From assembly GCA_016194975.1 (NCBI GenBank), contig JACQAM010000009.1, forward strand, positions 788 to 64,787: 64,000 nucleotides of DNA, written 5' to 3'. The notes beneath the pieces are model-generated. The model did no database searches. It was not told the DNA's origin and saw only the letters and a program-made list of their open reading frames with translations. Positions 60,491 to 64,000 of this stretch are shown here, piece after piece. A program made the position numbers and the translations under genes. Numbering within the stretch: position 1 is the stretch's first letter; each line of letters opens with the position of its first letter. The stretch is from Bacteroidota bacterium (GTDB taxonomy: Bacteria; Bacteroidota; Bacteroidia; Palsa-965).

Positions 60491-63400
60491 ATGAGAACGG
60501 TAAAAAACATATTCATTTTTTTTCTTGTGTATGCGTGCGCAGATGTGTGCGCGCAGAACGTGACGAACTATACTTTTTCTGCGGTTGCAGGAACGTACAC
60601 GCAGATTACCGGAAGTCCCGGTGTAACTTCTCCGAATCTGACCTGGGGATCACTTGATGACGGTTATATCAATTCTATTCCTATCGGATTTCAGTTTATT
60701 TACGAAGGATATGTTTGTACTTCACTCTCTGCATCAACGAATGGTTTCGTGAAACTCGGCGGAACTTTTTCATCTAATTCTTATGCAACGAATAATCTTG
60801 CAACAGGAACACCACGGGCTATGCTCGCCCCACTTTGGGATGATCTCATGATGAACGCTGCAAATAATATTTCCTACATCACTTCAGGAGTTGCACCGAA
60901 CAGAATATTTACCATCGAATGGAATAATGTGCATTGGTCGTTCACTGCCGGATCGGCGGGCATTTCTTTCCAGGTGAAACTTTATGAATCAAACAGGAGA
61001 ATTGAATTTGATTACCGCCAGGACGCAGGTGCGTTGAATTTTGCTTCAGCTTCGATCGGGCTTGGCGGATTTTCTTCAGGAAATTTTTTATCACTCAACG
61101 GAACGGGCGCTTCACCGGGCGCAAGTTCTTCCACTGAGACAACGAATCTGTCTGCAAAACCCGCAACAGGGCAGATCTATCGGTGGGATCACTATGCGAT
61201 AAAACCATCGATCACTTCTTTCACTCCGGGCTCCGGGCAATATTCAAGTGTAGTAACCATAAATGGAAGTGGATTCGACGCGGTACCGGCTTCAGACATT
61301 GTTTTTTTCGGTGCGACCAAAGCAACAGTTCTTACTACAAGTTATAATTCAATCACTGTTTCTGTTCCAAAAGATCTGACGCATGAACGAATTACGCTTA
61401 CCACTTTAAGTTCTCATTTATCAGCCAGGTCCGGTGATATTTTTGATCTGACATTTGGTTGCGGAGGATCGCTTTTCAATGGATCATTTGCAGCCAATGT
61501 AGATTTCAGTACATCCGCTACGTATTCGCTTACCATGGAAGATGTGGATCTTGACGGGAAAACAGATATTATCGCTACGGTAAGCGGGGGCGTGGAAATT
61601 TTCAGGAACACCTCGGCCAACGGTGTGATCAATTCATCATCTTTTGCATCACCGGTATTTTTTGCGACCTCAGGGAACTGTTCCAGTGTTGTGTTTGCTG
61701 ATATGGATGGAGACGGAAAACCGGATATGATCGCAGGTGATGTTTCTTTAATCGGTGAAGACTCTGTTTGTGTTTTCAGGAACACCGGCACACCGGGAGT
61801 GATCAATGCAGCGAGCTTTGCTCCAAAAATAAATCTTGAAGCAGGAATTTATCCCCGCGTAACTACAGGCGATATTGACGGTGATGGCAAAATTGATATT
61901 GTTACTGCAAATGCCGGGGATAATAATATTTCAATTTTCCGGAATAATTGCACAGTAGGTTCAATTGTTTCCGGTTCTTTTTTTCTTCGTGTAGATTTTC
62001 CTGCGGGAAATAATTCCACAAAAGCACAGGTTGCCGACATTGATGGTGATGGCAAACCCGATGTGATCTGTTCCAATGGCGGGGATAATACAGTTTCAGT
62101 TTTCAGGAATACTGCAACTTCCGGCATCATTACTTCCGCGTCGCTTGCATCACGCGTAAATTTCGCAACAGGAGCGTGGCCGCTTTCAATACAGGTGGCA
62201 GATCTGGATCTTGATGGCAAAGCAGATCTTGTAGTAGGAAACAACAGTTCGAGTGCGAATTCTGTTTCTTTTTTCAGAAATATAAGTTTGGTGGGTACGG
62301 TAAATTTTACTCCCAAATATGATGTTGGAGTAGCTAACGGAGTTCAAGGTGCAGCTATCGGAGATTTGGACGGCGATGGTAAACCCGATGTAGCTGTTTC
62401 TGCCGCTTATAATGTTGGTGTGCTTTCATCTTTAAAAAACAATAGTGTACCAGGCAGCCTGAGTTTTATTAGTGGCGGAAATTATTTAGCAGCAGTTGCG
62501 CCGGCAGATATTGTGGTTGGTGATGTAGATCAGGATGGGAAGCCGGATCTTATTTCTGCAAATGGAGCAGGGGCTTCGATCTCGGTCGATCATAATCTCG
62601 TTTCCAATTTCAGCACTATTGCTGCTTCATCAGTTCTGAATTCTATTTCGTTTTGCGACGATGGTACGTGGAAGACCTATGCTAATCCTGCTAATCCAAC
62701 TGAAGTTTTATTTGCAGTTAAGGACAATGGAAATAATCTCGGGACGGTTACTGTGAATGAATATCGCGATGCAGCTGTTGGTACTTACAATACGGTGCAC
62801 TACCTGCAACGTCATTTCCAGGTCGCTCCTGCTAATCAACCTTCGACAGTTGTGCAGGTGAGATTGTTTTTCACGAATGCAGAATTTTCCGCACTGCAAA
62901 CTGCAGATCCCACGATCATCAGCATTGCGAATTTGTGCGTAACAAAATATGACGGCCCAACGGAAGACGGAACGTATTATCCGAATGATGCAACTTCGCT
63001 CACAGCTATTCCATCTTCCTCCATTACCAGCGGAAGTATGTATGGTGGAGATTATCTTCAATTTTCGATCTCCTCTTTTTCCGAATTCTGGATCCACGGG
63101 CAAAGCGGCGTTCTTCCAATAGAATTGCTGAGTTTTGATGCCATGCAAAATGAATCGAACGTCGATCTTAACTGGTCAACGGCAAGTGAAACGAACAATC
63201 ATTTTTTCACGATCGAAAAAACGCGCGATGGAAATAATTTTGAAACGGTGGCCATCGTGGACGGCGCAGGCAACAGCACTTCTACAAAAAATTATTCTAC
63301 TGTTGATGCCGATCCTTACCCGGGAATTTCCTATTACCGGCTCAAGCAAACCGATTATAACGGGCAATATTCTTATTCGGAATTCCGCGAAGTTAATTTT

Positions 63401-63649
63401 TCCGATTCGCACGATCTTTTTTCTCTTTATCCCGATCCTTCCAATGGGAATTTCAATATTGCCTGCCCCGGCGCTGATGATGATGTGGTGACCCTTGAAA
63501 TTTTTGATGAACAGGGAAGAAATATTTCCATGGAAGAGACGACCGTTGGCTCGGTCAGAAGTCAGAAAGTTGAACTCCCCGATGGTGTTTATTCAGTGGT
63601 TTTAATAAAAGGTGATGAAAGATTTGTGAAGAAGATGATCATCTATTGA
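60491..63649 (+). CDS. FG-GAP/VCBS-repeat protein with type-A T9SS C-terminal sorting domain
   Basis: Seven DxDGDGKxD-containing repeats (ADMDGDGKPDMIAG, GDIDGDGKIDIVTA, ADIDGDGKPDVICS, ...). C-terminal LYPDPSNGNFNI...LEIFDEQGRNIS...GVYSVVLIKGDERFVKKMIIY. Confidence 0.75.
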   Translation: MRTVKNIFIFFLVYACADVCAQNVTNYTFSAVAGTYTQITGSPGVTSPNLTWGSLDDGYINSIPIGFQFIYEGYVCTSLSASTNGFVKLGGTFSSNSYATNNLATGTPRAMLAPLWDDLMMNAANNISYITSGVAPNRIFTIEWNNVHWSFTAGSAGISFQVKLYESNRRIEFDYRQDAGALNFASASIGLGGFSSGNFLSLNGTGASPGASSSTETTNLSAKPATGQIYRWDHYAIKPSITSFTPGSGQYSSVVTINGSGFDAVPASDIVFFGATKATVLTTSYNSITVSVPKDLTHERITLTTLSSHLSARSGDIFDLTFGCGGSLFNGSFAANVDFSTSATYSLTMEDVDLDGKTDIIATVSGGVEIFRNTSANGVINSSSFASPVFFATSGNCSSVVFADMDGDGKPDMIAGDVSLIGEDSVCVFRNTGTPGVINAASFAPKINLEAGIYPRVTTGDIDGDGKIDIVTANAGDNNISIFRNNCTVGSIVSGSFFLRVDFPAGNNSTKAQVADIDGDGKPDVICSNGGDNTVSVFRNTATSGIITSASLASRVNFATGAWPLSIQVADLDLDGKADLVVGNNSSSANSVSFFRNISLVGTVNFTPKYDVGVANGVQGAAIGDLDGDGKPDVAVSAAYNVGVLSSLKNNSVPGSLSFISGGNYLAAVAPADIVVGDVDQDGKPDLISANGAGASISVDHNLVSNFSTIAASSVLNSISFCDDGTWKTYANPANPTEVLFAVKDNGNNLGTVTVNEYRDAAVGTYNTVHYLQRHFQVAPANQPSTVVQVRLFFTNAEFSALQTADPTIISIANLCVTKYDGPTEDGTYYPNDATSLTAIPSSSITSGSMYGGDYLQFSISSFSEFWIHGQSGVLPIELLSFDAMQNESNVDLNWSTASETNNHFFTIEKTRDGNNFETVAIVDGAGNSTSTKNYSTVDADPYPGISYYRLKQTDYNGQYSYSEFREVNFSDSHDLFSLYPDPSNGNFNIACPGADDDVVTLEIFDEQGRNISMEETTVGSVRSQKVELPDGVYSVVLIKGDERFVKKMIIY

Positions 63650-63747
63650 TCCGTTTTTACAGGATCAATAAATGTATTTACAAACGACAGATTTATTAAA
63701 ACGGATGTTCTCATCTATTCAGGCGAAATTCCGATATTTGAGAATCT

Positions 63748-64000
63748 ATGAATGACTTACACATCGCCTCAACCATCCGTACAGCCGGAGTTGATTTCAA
63801 TGCGGCGAGCGCAACGCTCCTGATCCGCGGGAATTCTATCCCGGAAAATTCAGACGGATTTTTTCAACCGCTTCACGACTGGGTGGAAGAATTCCGGAAT
63901 ACGCACAAAGGGAAAGTGAAGTTCCGCGTGTTCATGACTTACTTCAACACGGCGACCATCCGTCATATTATTTCGCTCATGAAACGGCTCATCCATTATT
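63748..64000 (+). CDS. 3'-truncated CDS: DUF1987 (SiaC-like) protein
   Basis: ATG at 63748 with the frame open to the window end. MNDLHIASTIRTAGVDFNAASATLLIRGNSIPENSDGFFQPLHDWVEEF matches the DUF1987 pattern (T-x-x-TP-x-V-x-F...G-x-S-x-PEN). Not in the ORF track because there is no stop within the window. Confidence 0.5.
   Translation, partial: MNDLHIASTIRTAGVDFNAASATLLIRGNSIPENSDGFFQPLHDWVEEFRNTHKGKVKFRVFMTYFNTATIRHIISLMKRLIHY

Noticed and set aside
1-64000. CRISPR arrays, transposases, integrases, restriction-modification or other known defence genes
   Set aside because: No direct-repeat/spacer arrays and no ORFs with DDE, tyrosine-recombinase, methyltransferase or nuclease signatures were seen on either strand.

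Overview
This is a 64 kb chromosomal window from what looks like a Bacteroidota (Sphingobacteriia/Chitinophagia-type) genome. Evidence for that placement: several proteins end in a type-A T9SS C-terminal sorting domain; there is a TonB-dependent receptor with an N-terminal carboxypeptidase-regulatory-like domain; the Bacteroidota-typical clusters coaX - outer-membrane protein - lptC-like - ppiD-like and mreB-mreC-mreD-mrdA-rodA are present; and Shine-Dalgarno sequences are absent. Content is mostly housekeeping: fabH, purH, the mre/mrd cell-shape operon, coaX, xseAB, fbp, aspartate kinase, an acyl-CoA carboxyltransferase, and a DEAD-box helicase. Mixed in are cell-surface and signalling genes: T9SS cargo proteins, OM beta-barrels, a TPR-SpoIIE phosphatase, a TPR histidine kinase, and a LuxR-type response regulator. 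One tRNA-Phe(GAA) is present. I found no CRISPR array, integrase, transposase or recognisable defence system. The noteworthy material is non-canonical. (1) A tRNA-Phe locus is flanked by degenerate half-copies of itself and a duplicated terminator. (2) A MITE-like inverted-repeat element and a family of short dispersed intergenic oligo-repeats (ATTCGTAA / ATTCGCAC / CGTTCCC and GATTTGAAATT types) occur across the window. (3) A GGAATTTGTTTTTTGAGATTT-like motif recurs just upstream of mreB, mreC and a response-regulator gene. (4) An unusually long (386 bp), GC-richer, structured leader sits upstream of purH and is a riboswitch candidate. (5) A DUF2807 head domain is fused to an OM beta-barrel in an autotransporter-like arrangement. 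(6) A membrane-anchored P/Q-rich protein carries a C-terminal C2H2-like zinc-finger motif. (7) Two sensor proteins share a TPR-TM input architecture but have different outputs (PP2C phosphatase versus histidine kinase). Alongside them are a stand-alone PP2C, a 66-aa stand-alone LuxR HTH paralogous to the adjacent response regulator, and a DUF1987 (SiaC-like) gene at the window edge. Gene starts were refined by eye from the ORF track and carry a few codons of uncertainty.
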